64,000 nucleotides of DNA from Terriglobia bacterium (GTDB lineage Bacteria > Acidobacteriota > Terriglobia > Acidiferrales > UBA7541). Shown here one piece after another: positions 1-10,577 of the stretch. A program made the translations under genes and the position numbers. The number at the start of each line of letters is the position of its first letter. Within the stretch, counting starts at the first letter, position 1. The notes under the pieces were generated by a model, which ran no database searches, was not told where the DNA came from, and saw only the letters and a list, made by a program, of their open reading frames with translations. The stretch is from positions 608,001 through 672,000 of the forward strand of contig OY968796.1 in assembly GCA_963695545.1 (NCBI GenBank). Direction: 5' to 3'.

Positions 1-1557
1 CGCAACGTAAGCTTTGGCAAGGCTCCGCAGTGTGAGCAAGTCGTCCGGCTGCAACGCCAGTGCAATCTTGAGGTGCTCGATCGCCTCCGCGCTGCGATTC
101 GATTCAACCAGCGCATTCCCCAGATTGAATTGCGCGGCCTCGTAGCTCGGGTCGATCGCAACTGCCGCAAGATCGTGCTCGATGGATGCAGGAAGGTCAC
201 CGGCCTGCTGATACGCCAGCGCCAAGCCCGCTTGCAACCGCGCTGAATTCGGCGAAGCTAACACGGTAGCCTGATACAAACGCAAATCGTCGTGGAACAT
301 TGGGATGCGCCGCTCAATCTTCACGATGCAAAAAGCCAGCACGACCCCGAGGGCGCCCCACGCAACGCCGCGCGCCGGCTCAGTTCGCGCTCTCCGCAGC
401 AACCGCATCCAAAGCCACGCCGCGCAAATCGCAAATCCAAGCGACGGAATATAAAGATAGCGCTCGGTAAAATAATTCTCGCCGACCGCGTTGATATCGA
501 GAGCCGGCGCGAGAATGAGCAGAAACCACGCCACCGCGAACGCCAGCAGCGGCTGTCTTGCGCGCAAAAGAAACGGCAGCGCCACGAGCAACGCGAACAG
601 CAGCAGCGCCGCTACCGACGTGCGATTGAGCACAACCGTCGGCGGCGCGAAATAGAAAAAGTTGAAGCGCAAAGGCAGAAGCAGCTTGCCCACGTAGTGC
701 GCCAGCACGACGGGAACCGCGAAGGCAAGTTGCGCGGGCCGAAGGTGTAGATACGGCGCCGAACTCGGCGTAAATGCCCCCAGCGCACGCCAGCGCAACG
801 CGAAGTAAATCGCCAGCGCCGCGGCAAATGGCGCAATGCCCGGCCAAGCTTTCCAAAGTTGCAGCAGCGGCCGGCGCCGGTAGAAAAACTCATAAGACAA
901 AAGCACCAGCGGAAATAGCAGCGCCGTTTCTTTCGTCAAAAGTGCGGCGAGAAATGCGATCGCAGAGAGAGCAATCAGCCACCACGCGCGCCCGCCGCCG
1001 GCAGAGCGGGCCTTGTGATACGCCAGCATCGCGAGAAACAACAGCAGCCCGCAGATCAAATCAGGCAACGCCGCTACCCAAACGACCGCCTCCACATGCA
1101 TGGGATGAAGCGCGAACAAAAGGCATGCCCAAAACGCCAGATCCCAATCCGCCAGGCTCAGCAGCAGAAAATACGCCGCGACAATCGCGCCGGCGTTGAC
1201 GCAAACATTCACCAAATGCCAGGCCCACGCGCGATCGCCATAGATCGCGTATTCCGACGCGTAGACCATTAGTTGCAGTGGCCGGTAGTAATTGCTTAGA
1301 TGACTGCCGGCGAATCCCCAGGCATCCGTCGTGAAATATTCCGGCAGAGAATGCGAATCCGTCACAAAGTTATTGCGAAGAATTTGCAGATCGTCGTCCG
1401 CCACGAATCCATTGCGCAGAGCATTCGCGTACACCGCGAGCGACACGCCGAGAAGTACCAGCACCGGCCACCATCGAACGGGGGATGCAGCCGCCACCGG
1501 CCCCGCCGCGGCCACAGCGGGTTTATTTTTGGCGCGGGAATTTTGTCGACGCGACAT
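1..1557 (-). CDS. TMTC-like membrane glycosyltransferase (GT-C) with C-terminal TPR repeats; 3' end runs off the window
   Basis: Not in the ORF track; translated by hand from ATG 1557: MSRRQNSRAK..GFVADDDLQI..YYRPL..LHPMHVEAVVW..ERYLYIPS, then TPR helices (AQFNLGNAL..EAIEHLKIALALQP). Confidence 0.8.
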   Translation of the reverse strand, partial: MSRRQNSRAKNKPAVAAAGPVAAASPVRWWPVLVLLGVSLAVYANALRNGFVADDDLQILRNNFVTDSHSLPEYFTTDAWGFAGSHLSNYYRPLQLMVYASEYAIYGDRAWAWHLVNVCVNAGAIVAAYFLLLSLADWDLAFWACLLFALHPMHVEAVVWVAALPDLICGLLLFLAMLAYHKARSAGGGRAWWLIALSAIAFLAALLTKETALLFPLVLLSYEFFYRRRPLLQLWKAWPGIAPFAAALAIYFALRWRALGAFTPSSAPYLHLRPAQLAFAVPVVLAHYVGKLLLPLRFNFFYFAPPTVVLNRTSVAALLLFALLVALPFLLRARQPLLAFAVAWFLLILAPALDINAVGENYFTERYLYIPSLGFAICAAWLWMRLLRRARTEPARGVAWGALGVVLAFCIVKIERRIPMFHDDLRLYQATVLASPNSARLQAGLALAYQQAGDLPASIEHDLAAVAIDPSYEAAQFNLGNALVESNRSAEAIEHLKIALALQPDDLLTLRSLAKAYVA

Positions 1558-1689
1558 CGGCGCTCATTCTAGCGAGAAAAATCAACGCGGGCGAACCTTG
1601 GAATCGAAACTCGAGCCACGCGCCCCTCGCGCGTAACGCCGCGCCGCAGCTTGACGCGCTCAACCCTTTCGCTTAGAACTGATTCGAGC

Positions 1690-2541
1690 ATGCAACGCAT
1701 CCTTTCGACCTACCTCTTCGTCCGGCGCAAGCTCGGTCCGCCAATCATCGAAGCTGCGGCGCAGTCGGGCTTCACGGCGATCGAGCTATTCTGCTCGCGC
1801 TGGCATTTCGATTATCAATCGCCGACCGAAGCGCGCGCTCTCGGCGCGTGGCTCGACGCGCACGGACTCTCGCTGCACGCAGTCCACGCGCCCACGCAAC
1901 GCGATCAAGGCCCATCGCGCGAAAGCGGCTCGCCGATTGCGATCTCCGATCCCGAACGTGTGCGCCGGCTTGAAGCCGTGGACGAAATCAAGCGCGCGCT
2001 CGATCTCGCCGAATGCGTGCCCTTCAGGCTCCTCGTTTTGCACGTCGCCGGCTCGCGCGATCCCGACGAGCCGCGCCGCTGGGACGCCGCATTCAATTCC
2101 ATCGAGCATCTCGCGCTTTTCGCCAAACAGCGCGGCGTCGCGGTCGCGCTCGAAAACACGCCCGGCGAAATGCCCACGCCCGCGAATCTCCGCCGCTTTC
2201 TCGACCAAACGCGCCTCACCGACGTGCGTTTCTGTTTCGACGTCGGCCACGCGCACATGGGCGGCGGCATCGCCGTCGCGCTCGAGTCCATGCGCGATCG
2301 AATTGTCACCGCGCACATCCACGATAATCACGGCGAAAAGGACGAGCACCGTCTGCCCTTCGACGGCACCGTCGATTGGCCCGCCACGCTCGCCGCGCTG
2401 CCGCCGGAGACGCCGCTCGTTCTCGAATTGCGCGCGCCCGAAGTTCCGCTCGGCGCCGATCCGCCCGAGCCCGCCGCGCAGCTCGATGCCGCGCGCGCCG
2501 CGCTCGACCGCGTCGCGCAGGCACAGCCCGCGCGCGCCTGA
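1690..2541 (+). CDS. Sugar phosphate isomerase/epimerase (xylose isomerase-like TIM barrel)
   Basis: Motifs ALENTP, FDVGHAH, HIHDNHG..DEH, LE. ATG 1690 preferred over the TTG at 1651. Confidence 0.85.
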   Translation: MQRILSTYLFVRRKLGPPIIEAAAQSGFTAIELFCSRWHFDYQSPTEARALGAWLDAHGLSLHAVHAPTQRDQGPSRESGSPIAISDPERVRRLEAVDEIKRALDLAECVPFRLLVLHVAGSRDPDEPRRWDAAFNSIEHLALFAKQRGVAVALENTPGEMPTPANLRRFLDQTRLTDVRFCFDVGHAHMGGGIAVALESMRDRIVTAHIHDNHGEKDEHRLPFDGTVDWPATLAALPPETPLVLELRAPEVPLGADPPEPAAQLDAARAALDRVAQAQPARA

Positions 2542-2554
2542 GGCAATCCCGATC

Positions 2555-3856
2555 ATGCCCATCGTGACCATCGAAGACGCCGGCCGCCACGCAGGAGAAG
2601 AAATCACGCTGCGCGGCTGGCTTTACAACATGCGCGAATCCGGCAAATTGCTCTTCCCGATTTTTCGCGACGGCACCGGACTCATGCAAGGCGTCGTCTC
2701 GCAGAAAGAGCAGCCCGATGCGTTTGAAGCGCTGCGCGGCCTGCCGCAGGAATCGAGCCTGATCGCCACCGGCATCGTGCGCCCCGAAGCGCGTGCCCCC
2801 GGCGGCTACGAACTCGGCGTCACGCAAATCGAAATCGTCAGCCGCGTGCCCGATGGCGAGCCTTATCCAATTCAATTGAAAGAGCACGGCGTAGATTTTC
2901 TTCTCGACCGCCGCCACCTGTGGATTCGCACTCCGCGCCAAGCCGCCATTCTGCGCATCCGCGCCGAAGCCATCCGCGCCGCGCGCGATTACATGGACAA
3001 TCAGGGCTACACGCTCACCGACGCCCCGATTTTCACTCCGGCCGCGTGCGAAGGCACCACCACGCTCTTCGAGGTCGATTATCTCGACGACGAAAAGGCC
3101 TACCTCACGCAGTCCGGCCAACTCTACGTGGAAGCCTTGGCTATGGCGCTCGGCAAGGTCTATTGTTTCGGCCCCACGTTTCGCGCCGAAAAATCCAAAA
3201 CGCGCCGCCATCTCACCGAATTCTGGATGCTCGAGCCCGAAGCCGCTTACGCCCATCTTGAAGACATGATGACGCTCGGCGAAGGTTTGGTCAGCCACAT
3301 GGTGCAATCCGTCGTCGAGCGTCGCGCGCGCGAACTCGAAGTTCTCAAGCGCGACGTCGCCAAGCTCGCCGCCGTCCGCGCCCCCTTCCCGCGCATCAGC
3401 TACGACGAAGCCGTCGCCATCCTGCAAAAAAATGGCAAGCCGACAAAGTGGGGCGACGATTTCGGCGGCGATGAAGAAACCGTGCTCTCCTCAAGCTACG
3501 ATCGCCCCGTGATGATTCATCGCTATCCCGCCGCGATTAAAGCTTTCTACATGCAGCCCGACGCCGCGCGCCCCGAACTCGCTCTCGGCTTCGATATGCT
3601 CGCTCCCGAAGGCTACGGCGAAATTATCGGCGGCGGCGAACGCATCGCCGATTACGATCTTCTGCTTCGACGCCTGCGCGAAAGCAATCTCCCCGAAGAA
3701 GCTTTCGGCTGGTACATCGACTTGCGCCGCTATGGCGGCGTTCCCCACACCGGCTTCGGCCTCGGCCTCGAACGCACCGTTGCGTGGATATGCGGTACCG
3801 AGCACATCCGCGAAGTGATCCCCTTCCCTCGCATGATTTATCGCGTTTATCCTTAG
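2555..3856 (+). CDS. asnS: Asparagine--tRNA ligase
   Basis: OB-fold start (ITLRGWL), [46 protein letters not shown]. True start MPIVTIED. Confidence 0.95.
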   Translation: MPIVTIEDAGRHAGEEITLRGWLYNMRESGKLLFPIFRDGTGLMQGVVSQKEQPDAFEALRGLPQESSLIATGIVRPEARAPGGYELGVTQIEIVSRVPDGEPYPIQLKEHGVDFLLDRRHLWIRTPRQAAILRIRAEAIRAARDYMDNQGYTLTDAPIFTPAACEGTTTLFEVDYLDDEKAYLTQSGQLYVEALAMALGKVYCFGPTFRAEKSKTRRHLTEFWMLEPEAAYAHLEDMMTLGEGLVSHMVQSVVERRARELEVLKRDVAKLAAVRAPFPRISYDEAVAILQKNGKPTKWGDDFGGDEETVLSSSYDRPVMIHRYPAAIKAFYMQPDAARPELALGFDMLAPEGYGEIIGGGERIADYDLLLRRLRESNLPEEAFGWYIDLRRYGGVPHTGFGLGLERTVAWICGTEHIREVIPFPRMIYRVYP

Positions 3857-3884
3857 CAGGCCACACCGCGGACCGATTCGCACC

Positions 3885-4799
3885 ATGCCACAAAAAATTC
3901 GCATCATCGGCGTACCAATGGACCTCGGCCAAAGCCGCCGCGGCGTGGATATGGGCCCCTCCGCCGTGCGCGTAGCCGGCCTCCTAAGCCGCCTCAAGCA
4001 ACTCGGCCACCAAGTCGACGACATCGGCAACGTCGCCGTGAAGCAGCCCGAAGAACAACACTTCGGCGAAAAGCACGCCAAGTATCTGCGCGAAATCGCC
4101 GAAACCTGCCGCGGCCTCGCCGAAATCACCGAGCATTCTCTCGAAGAGGGTTTTCTCCCCGTCGTCCTCGGCGGAGATCATTCGCTCGCCGCAGGCTCGG
4201 GCTCCGGCGTCGCGAGCTTTTTCCGCAAGCAGGGCAAACGCGTCGGTTACATCTGGCTTGACGCCCACGGAGATATGAACACGCCTGACGGCTCGCCCTC
4301 AGGCAACGTGCACGGCATGCCGCTCGCCGCGCTGATGGGCCACGGCCCCGCGGACCTCGTCGATCTCTGCGGATTTCATCCCAAGATCGAGCCGCGCAAC
4401 GTCGTGCTCGTCGGCGTGCGCGAACTCGACGCCAAAGAGCGCCGCCTGATCAAGGATTCCGGCGTGCACGCCTTCACCATGCGCGATATCGATGAACGCG
4501 GCATGCGCGAAGTGATGAGCGACGCCATTCGCATTTCGACCGACGACGATGCCGCCGGCGCCGTCGTCAGCCTCGATCTCGATTTCGTCGATCCGTCCGA
4601 CGCACCCGGCGTAGGCACGCCCGTTCGCGGCGGCGTAACATATCGCGAAGCGCATCTTGCGCTCGAAATGATCGCTGATAGCGAAACCATGGTTTCGCTC
4701 GAAGTCGTCGAAATCAATCCCGTGATCGACGAGCACAACAAGACCGCGCTCTTGGCCGTCGAGCTGATCCTCTCCGGCCTTGGCAAGAAAATTCTGTAG
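3885..4799 (+). CDS. rocF: Arginase
   Basis: GGDHS, DAHGD, SGNVHGMP, SLDLD..DP..APGVGTPV motifs. Confidence 0.95.
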   Translation: MPQKIRIIGVPMDLGQSRRGVDMGPSAVRVAGLLSRLKQLGHQVDDIGNVAVKQPEEQHFGEKHAKYLREIAETCRGLAEITEHSLEEGFLPVVLGGDHSLAAGSGSGVASFFRKQGKRVGYIWLDAHGDMNTPDGSPSGNVHGMPLAALMGHGPADLVDLCGFHPKIEPRNVVLVGVRELDAKERRLIKDSGVHAFTMRDIDERGMREVMSDAIRISTDDDAAGAVVSLDLDFVDPSDAPGVGTPVRGGVTYREAHLALEMIADSETMVSLEVVEINPVIDEHNKTALLAVELILSGLGKKIL

Positions 4800-5103
4800 C
4801 GCGCCAGACGGCGGTCGGTGAGAACTTATGTTCACGTGGTGGCTGTAGTGGGTCACGTAGCGGAGGCCTTCAGGCCTCCATCTTGGTTTTGCTTTCTGCA
4901 GCGCGCCGCGGCCACGGATCGGTGAGAACGAATGTTCGCGCAAAGGGCTGTTCTGGATTATGTAGCGGAGGCCTTCAGGCCTCCATCTTGGTTTCGCTTT
5001 CTGTAGCGCGCCGCGGCCGCGGACCGGTGGGAACCTATGTTCGCGCGAAGGCTGCGTGGGTTATGTAGCGGAGACCTTCAGGTCTCCATCCTGGTTTTGC
5101 TTT
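4793..5103 (+). repeat. Three tandem ~104-bp units, each with a GTAG-headed REP-like hairpin (family A)
   Basis: GTAGCGGAG(G/A)CCTTCAGG(C/T)CTCCATC at 4857, 4962 and 5065; linkers are similar to one another. Confidence 0.9.
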
Positions 5104-5147
5104 AAACGCTCATGCCATCATCGAAATTTCGCGCGCCAAACTCATCC

Positions 5148-5233
5148 AGCCCCGTAGGGGCGGCACATTTTAGCCCAGGGCGGAAGCCCTGGGTACGAAT
5201 TGCCAAAAGGCAAAGCCCCGTAGGGGCGACACA
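5148..5233 (+). repeat. REP-like element family B (AGCCCCGTAGGGGCG / AGCCCAGGGCGGAAGCCCTGGG)
   Basis: Three hairpins; an inverted copy lies at 63920-63997. Confidence 0.85.
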
Positions 5234-5325
5234 GTCTTTACGTGAGAACCGTGGTCCCGCGCACCAAGATTATCGACCCATAAGTACGACACATCGCGCT
5301 AGCGGCGAACGGAGAACGAAATTAA

Positions 5326-6474
5326 ATGACCCAAGATAAAAAACGCCTGCGCATCGGCATCCTCTTCGGCGGCCGATCCGGCGAACACGAAGTCTCGCTC
5401 AATTCCGCCGCGTCCGTGATCGCCGCGCTCGATCCCGCGCGCTATGAAGTCGTGCCCATCGGCATCACCAAAGAAGGCCGCTGGCTCGCCGGCTCGTCCG
5501 CGCAGAAACTTCTGCCCGAAGTCCTGCGCACCGGCCAACGAGTCATGCTCGGCGCGGACCCCAATGTCGGCGCGCTCCTCCCGCTCGATAAAAACCAACC
5601 CGGCCTGCACGTCGACGTCGTCTTCCCCGTCCTCCACGGCACCTACGGCGAAGATGGCACCGTGCAGGGCCTGCTCGAACTCGCCGATTTGCCCTACGTT
5701 GGCTCAGGCGTCATCGGCTCGGCCGTCGGCATGGATAAGGACATGCAAAAGCGCCTCTTCCTCCAGGCCAAGCTCCCCGTCGCCGATTTCCTAGCCGTCA
5801 CCCGCGCTCGATGGAAACGCGAACCGCAAAAAATTCGCCGCGAGATCGAAAAGAAATTCCGCTACCCCGTTTTCGTCAAACCCGCCACGCTCGGCAGCTC
5901 CGTCGGAATGACCAAAGCGCACAATCGCGCCGAGCTCGTTCAAGCGCTCAATTTTGCCGCCGAGTTCGCGCAAAAACTGATCGTCGAACGCACCATCCGC
6001 GGCCGCGAAATCGAACTCTCCGTTCTCGGCAACGAGCAAGCCCGCGCCTCCATCCCCGGCGAAATCGTTCCTCACCGTGAATTTTACGATTACGAAGCGA
6101 AGTATCTCGAAGAAGGCACGCGCCTGATCATCCCCGCGAAACTTTCAAAATCCCAAGTGATGCGTTTCCAGGACCTGGCTGTTCGCGCATTTCACGCCGT
6201 CGAAGCCCTGGGTCTCGCCCGCGTCGATTTCTTCCTCGAGCGCGGCACAAACCGCATCTACTTGAACGAAATCAACACCATCCCCGGCTTCACCTCCATC
6301 AGCATGTATCCCAAACTCTGGGAAGCCTCCGGCCTTTCCTACCGCGCCCTGCTCGACGAGCTGATCGAACTCGCTCTCGCGCAGCATCGCGAAAAACAGC
6401 GCACCAAGTACACCATCGAGTTGCCCTCGGATTCCTTGCCGCCCGGTCCGTCCGCCGACGCGCTCAAGAAATGA
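5326..6474 (+). CDS. ddl: D-alanine--D-alanine ligase
   Basis: GGRSGEHEVS, LHGTYGEDG, FVKPATLGSSVG, FYDYEAKY, NEINTIPG. Confidence 0.96.
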   Translation: MTQDKKRLRIGILFGGRSGEHEVSLNSAASVIAALDPARYEVVPIGITKEGRWLAGSSAQKLLPEVLRTGQRVMLGADPNVGALLPLDKNQPGLHVDVVFPVLHGTYGEDGTVQGLLELADLPYVGSGVIGSAVGMDKDMQKRLFLQAKLPVADFLAVTRARWKREPQKIRREIEKKFRYPVFVKPATLGSSVGMTKAHNRAELVQALNFAAEFAQKLIVERTIRGREIELSVLGNEQARASIPGEIVPHREFYDYEAKYLEEGTRLIIPAKLSKSQVMRFQDLAVRAFHAVEALGLARVDFFLERGTNRIYLNEINTIPGFTSISMYPKLWEASGLSYRALLDELIELALAQHREKQRTKYTIELPSDSLPPGPSADALKK

Positions 6475-6490
6475 ACCGCAATTGAACACT

Positions 6491-6531
6491 GGGTGCCGCG
6501 CCCTCCGGTTCTGAGCGTGCGGGTTTTGACT
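6491..6531 (+). repeat. REP-like hairpin family C (GGGTGCC...GGTTTTGACT)
   Basis: Related copies at 9306-9347, 50925-50965 and 50979-51028. Confidence 0.6.
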
Positions 6532-6547
6532 GTCCTCCGCGTGCGCA

Positions 6548-6834
6548 GCATTCGAATGAATTTCCACAGCCTTTTCGAATAACCACGAAGTACATGTTGA
6601 CATGCATAACATCGACGTGCTATGATTCGGCGTGCTTCGCGAATCCCTACCTTCGCCGCCCGAGAAACTTCTCGCCTTCTCCCGCGCATTCTCACTTTTC
6701 ACCCGTAACCCTTCCGGAATCAACACTTCTGAAAAACGCCATTTTAAATCCACTAGAATCAACACTTCTGGCGCAAAGGACTTAAAGTCGAGCAGAATCA
6801 ACACTTCCATAAAACACCCCGGGGGTAGGGGGGG
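6548..6834 (+). other. Dispersed promoter-bearing intergenic element, copy 1, with three 39-nt-period GAATCAACACTTC repeats
   Basis: Head nearly identical to 31711-31743; internal repeats at ~6717, 6756 and 6795; CCGGGGGT tail. Confidence 0.8.
6597..6626 (+). promoter_or_regulatory. Sigma70-type promoter TTGACA-N18-TATGAT with extended -10 TG
   Basis: Near-consensus match inside element copy 1. Confidence 0.7.
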
Positions 6835-7114
6835 CTCCGCCCCGCGATGCATCGGTTTTTTCGATCATCGCCGAACCGCGGCTTCTCTCGATCGGCGTCC
6901 CGACGGTGTCGGTGTGCGGCGCCATGAATAAAATCAGCGGCGGCGCAACATTCGGGCGCGCGCGCAAGTTTGACCGCCCCCGCGCCGCCGCGTTAACCTT
7001 ACGGTTCGCATTTGATCGCAATATCGATCGCGGCCCGCGAATTGCGCCCTTGCCGTCGGCGCGGATACCTGAAATTCACGAACGTCGGCCGAATCGGCCC
7101 TCGGTGAGGACGAG

Positions 7115-8203
7115 ATGAAAGGTTCGCGCTTCTGGATTTTTCTGGGCGTGCTCTTCGTGGTCGGTGTAATCGTCTACATCACCACCACTCCGCACTCGCG
7201 CGACATTCCGCTCGTCGGCATCGTCACCACCAACGATGCCATCGTCAGTTCGCAGGTCACCGGCCGCATCGCGAAGCTCTACGTCGATGAAGGCTCCGAG
7301 GTAAAGACCGGCCAATTGATCGCCGAGCTCGATCCTACCGATCTCCAGGCCCAACTCGCCTCCGCGCAGGCCAATGTCGCCGCGCTCGCCGCCAAAGTGC
7401 AATCGGCCCACGCCACCACCACCATGACCGACGCCCAAACTTCCGCCGCCATCGCGCAGGCCCAAGCCACGCTGGCTTCGTCGCGCGCCGAACTTGCGCA
7501 ATCGCAAGCCAATCTTCAGCTCGACAAGGTCACCTACGATCGCGACGAAGGACTCTTCAAAGGAGGCGCGCTCGCCGCGCAGGACCGCGACAATGCCGAA
7601 TCCGCCTACAAAGCCGCTCAGGCCGCCGAGCAAGCCGCCGAAGCCCAAGTGAACGCCGCCGCGGACGCGCTAAAATCCGCGCAAGCCAATCGGCAGGAAT
7701 TGAACGTGCAAGTAAGCGACACCGCTTCGACGCAGGCGCAATTGGCCCAGGCTCGCGCCGAAGTCGCGCAGGCGCAAACCCAACTCGGCTATACGAAAAT
7801 CGTTTCCCCGCTCGACGGCGTCGTTTCCGTGCGCGCCGCGCTGCAAGGCGAAATCGTCCAGGTCGGCGCGCCGATCGTCACCGTGGTTGACATTGACCAT
7901 CCTTGGGTCGAGGCCGACGTGCAGGAAAGTTTCGAGGACGATATTCAGTTCGGCCAGAAACTGAAAGTCCAACTGCCCTCGGGCGACGAACTTGAAGGCA
8001 CGGTCTATTACAAGGCCGTCCAGAACGACTACGCCACGCAGCGCGACGTCAGCCGCACCAAGCGCGACATCAAAACTTTCGCCATCAAAGTCTCCCTCCC
8101 GAACCCCGGCCGCCGTCTGTTCGAGGGCATGACCGCCACCGTCCTTCTGCCACCGCCCCCGTCTCAAAAGAACTGGCTCGAACGCCTCCTGGCGATCCTG
8201 TGA
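7115..8203 (+). CDS. HlyD-family efflux membrane fusion protein
   Basis: N-terminal TM anchor, lipoyl halves (VTGRIAKLYVDEGSEV; IVSPLDGVV), long Ala/Gln coiled coil. Confidence 0.92.
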   Translation: MKGSRFWIFLGVLFVVGVIVYITTTPHSRDIPLVGIVTTNDAIVSSQVTGRIAKLYVDEGSEVKTGQLIAELDPTDLQAQLASAQANVAALAAKVQSAHATTTMTDAQTSAAIAQAQATLASSRAELAQSQANLQLDKVTYDRDEGLFKGGALAAQDRDNAESAYKAAQAAEQAAEAQVNAAADALKSAQANRQELNVQVSDTASTQAQLAQARAEVAQAQTQLGYTKIVSPLDGVVSVRAALQGEIVQVGAPIVTVVDIDHPWVEADVQESFEDDIQFGQKLKVQLPSGDELEGTVYYKAVQNDYATQRDVSRTKRDIKTFAIKVSLPNPGRRLFEGMTATVLLPPPPSQKNWLERLLAIL

Positions 8204-8228
8204 CGCCCCGGCCCCGGAGCACGCCGCG

Positions 8229-9215
<987 letters not shown>

Positions 9216-9305
9216 AGCGCTAGTGGAATTTCGCGCGCCTCGACTCGGCAGTATCGCTCGAAAGCGCGCTCCTACGTTCACTTCGGTGCCCAGCACACTG
9301 CGCGA

Positions 9306-9347
9306 GTGTGCCCCACACGTCGGTTTTACGTGTGGGGGTTTTGACTT
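9306..9347 (+). repeat. REP-like hairpin family C inside the efflux operon
   Basis: CCCCACACGT-CGGTTTT-ACGTGTGGGG followed by GTTTTGACTT. Confidence 0.65.
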
Positions 9348-9383
9348 CGGCTTTAATCGATCGCGTGGAGCGTTCCGCCTCAC

Positions 9384-10502
9384 ATGAGGTTCTATCGCAT
9401 CTCCGCCCTGATCGAACGCGACATGCGGAAGTTTTTCCGCAGCCCGGCGCTCATGAGCGTCGCGATGGTCGCCCCGTTGTTGCAGCTCGTGGTCCTTGGC
9501 TACGCCTTCGGCGGCGAAATCCATGGCGTGAAAATCGCGGTGGTCGACAACGATCACCAGAACGGTGCGCGCGTAGTCGAAGAGCATATCGACGCGATCG
9601 AAGCCAACGCCGGTACGTTCCGCGCCGTGTATTACGACTCGCTCAGCGACGCGACCATCGATCTGCGCACAGGTTTCGTTCGCGCCATCGTCTACATTCC
9701 TCCCGATTACTCGCGCCGGGTGGAGCATGGCGATAATCCCAAGCTCGTGCTTGTCGAAGACAATTCCGACGCCGAGATCACCAGCGCAATCTCCGCGCGC
9801 CTCCAAAGCGTCGTACAAGATGTGAACGCGCCGCCGGAGACCCCGCGCTTGCCGCAGCAGGTAAGCCTTCAAATGGTCGAGCTTTACCCGTATATCGAGT
9901 ACATCAAATATTTACTGCCCGGCGTGGTGGCCATCTCGATTTTCGTGGTGGCCATGATCGGTGGCGGCATCGTCTTCATCGACGATAAGTCGCGCGGCCT
10001 GCACGAAGGTTATCTCGTCACGCCCGTGCACAAATTAGAGCTCGTCTTGGGCCTGGTGCTTTCCGGCGCGATCAAGGGCGTGATGGCCGGCACCACGGTC
10101 GCCATCATCGGCGGCCTGATCGCCGGCATCGATCGCATTTGGGATCCGCTGCGTCTGGTCTACGTTGTTGTGGTGATCGCCGCCGGCTCGCTCACAATGA
10201 TTAGCTTCATGTTCCTCACGATGGTGCGCGTCAGCGATCCGCTGGTGCCGCGCGCTGTGTTCGGCGTGCTCAATACGCTGCTGTTTTTTCCATCGGGCGC
10301 CGTTTATCCGGTTGAAGGGTTTCCTGTGTGGCTGCGCTGGATTTCGTGGGTCGATCCGCTCAGCTACATCGTGCACGCGCTCAAGAATCTTTTTCTGAAG
10401 AATACCGGGTTCATGGGCATATATTCGGACGTGGCGGTGCTGTTGGGTTATTCATTGTTTTTCATATTGATGTGCAACGCGCTGTTCAAACGGCAAATCT
10501 AA
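9384..10502 (+). CDS. ABC-2 permease
   Basis: One N-terminal TM, a periplasmic domain, then five TMs; follows the ATPase. Confidence 0.92.
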   Translation: MRFYRISALIERDMRKFFRSPALMSVAMVAPLLQLVVLGYAFGGEIHGVKIAVVDNDHQNGARVVEEHIDAIEANAGTFRAVYYDSLSDATIDLRTGFVRAIVYIPPDYSRRVEHGDNPKLVLVEDNSDAEITSAISARLQSVVQDVNAPPETPRLPQQVSLQMVELYPYIEYIKYLLPGVVAISIFVVAMIGGGIVFIDDKSRGLHEGYLVTPVHKLELVLGLVLSGAIKGVMAGTTVAIIGGLIAGIDRIWDPLRLVYVVVVIAAGSLTMISFMFLTMVRVSDPLVPRAVFGVLNTLLFFPSGAVYPVEGFPVWLRWISWVDPLSYIVHALKNLFLKNTGFMGIYSDVAVLLGYSLFFILMCNALFKRQI

Positions 10503-10577
10503 CCTGGCGTCAGCGCCATCGCGAACTGCGATCGGACGTGACGACTGAGCGCGACGTTCAAGCACAAGGAGCGTTCT

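Noticed and set aside
1937..2554. 200-aa N-terminal extension of AsnS
   Set aside because: Overlaps the isomerase gene in another frame and is low-complexity; the real start is ATG 2555.
4793..5103. CRISPR array
   Set aside because: Only three units, linkers are ~65 nt and homologous to each other, no cas genes nearby; fits a REP tandem array.
6560..6568. DnaA box or oriC
   Set aside because: ATTTCCACA has two mismatches to TTATCCACA, is single, and has no origin context.
6705..6812. Canonical CRISPR mini-array
   Set aside because: Repeat core only ~13 nt with 39-nt period, too short for known CRISPR repeat-spacer units; no cas genes.
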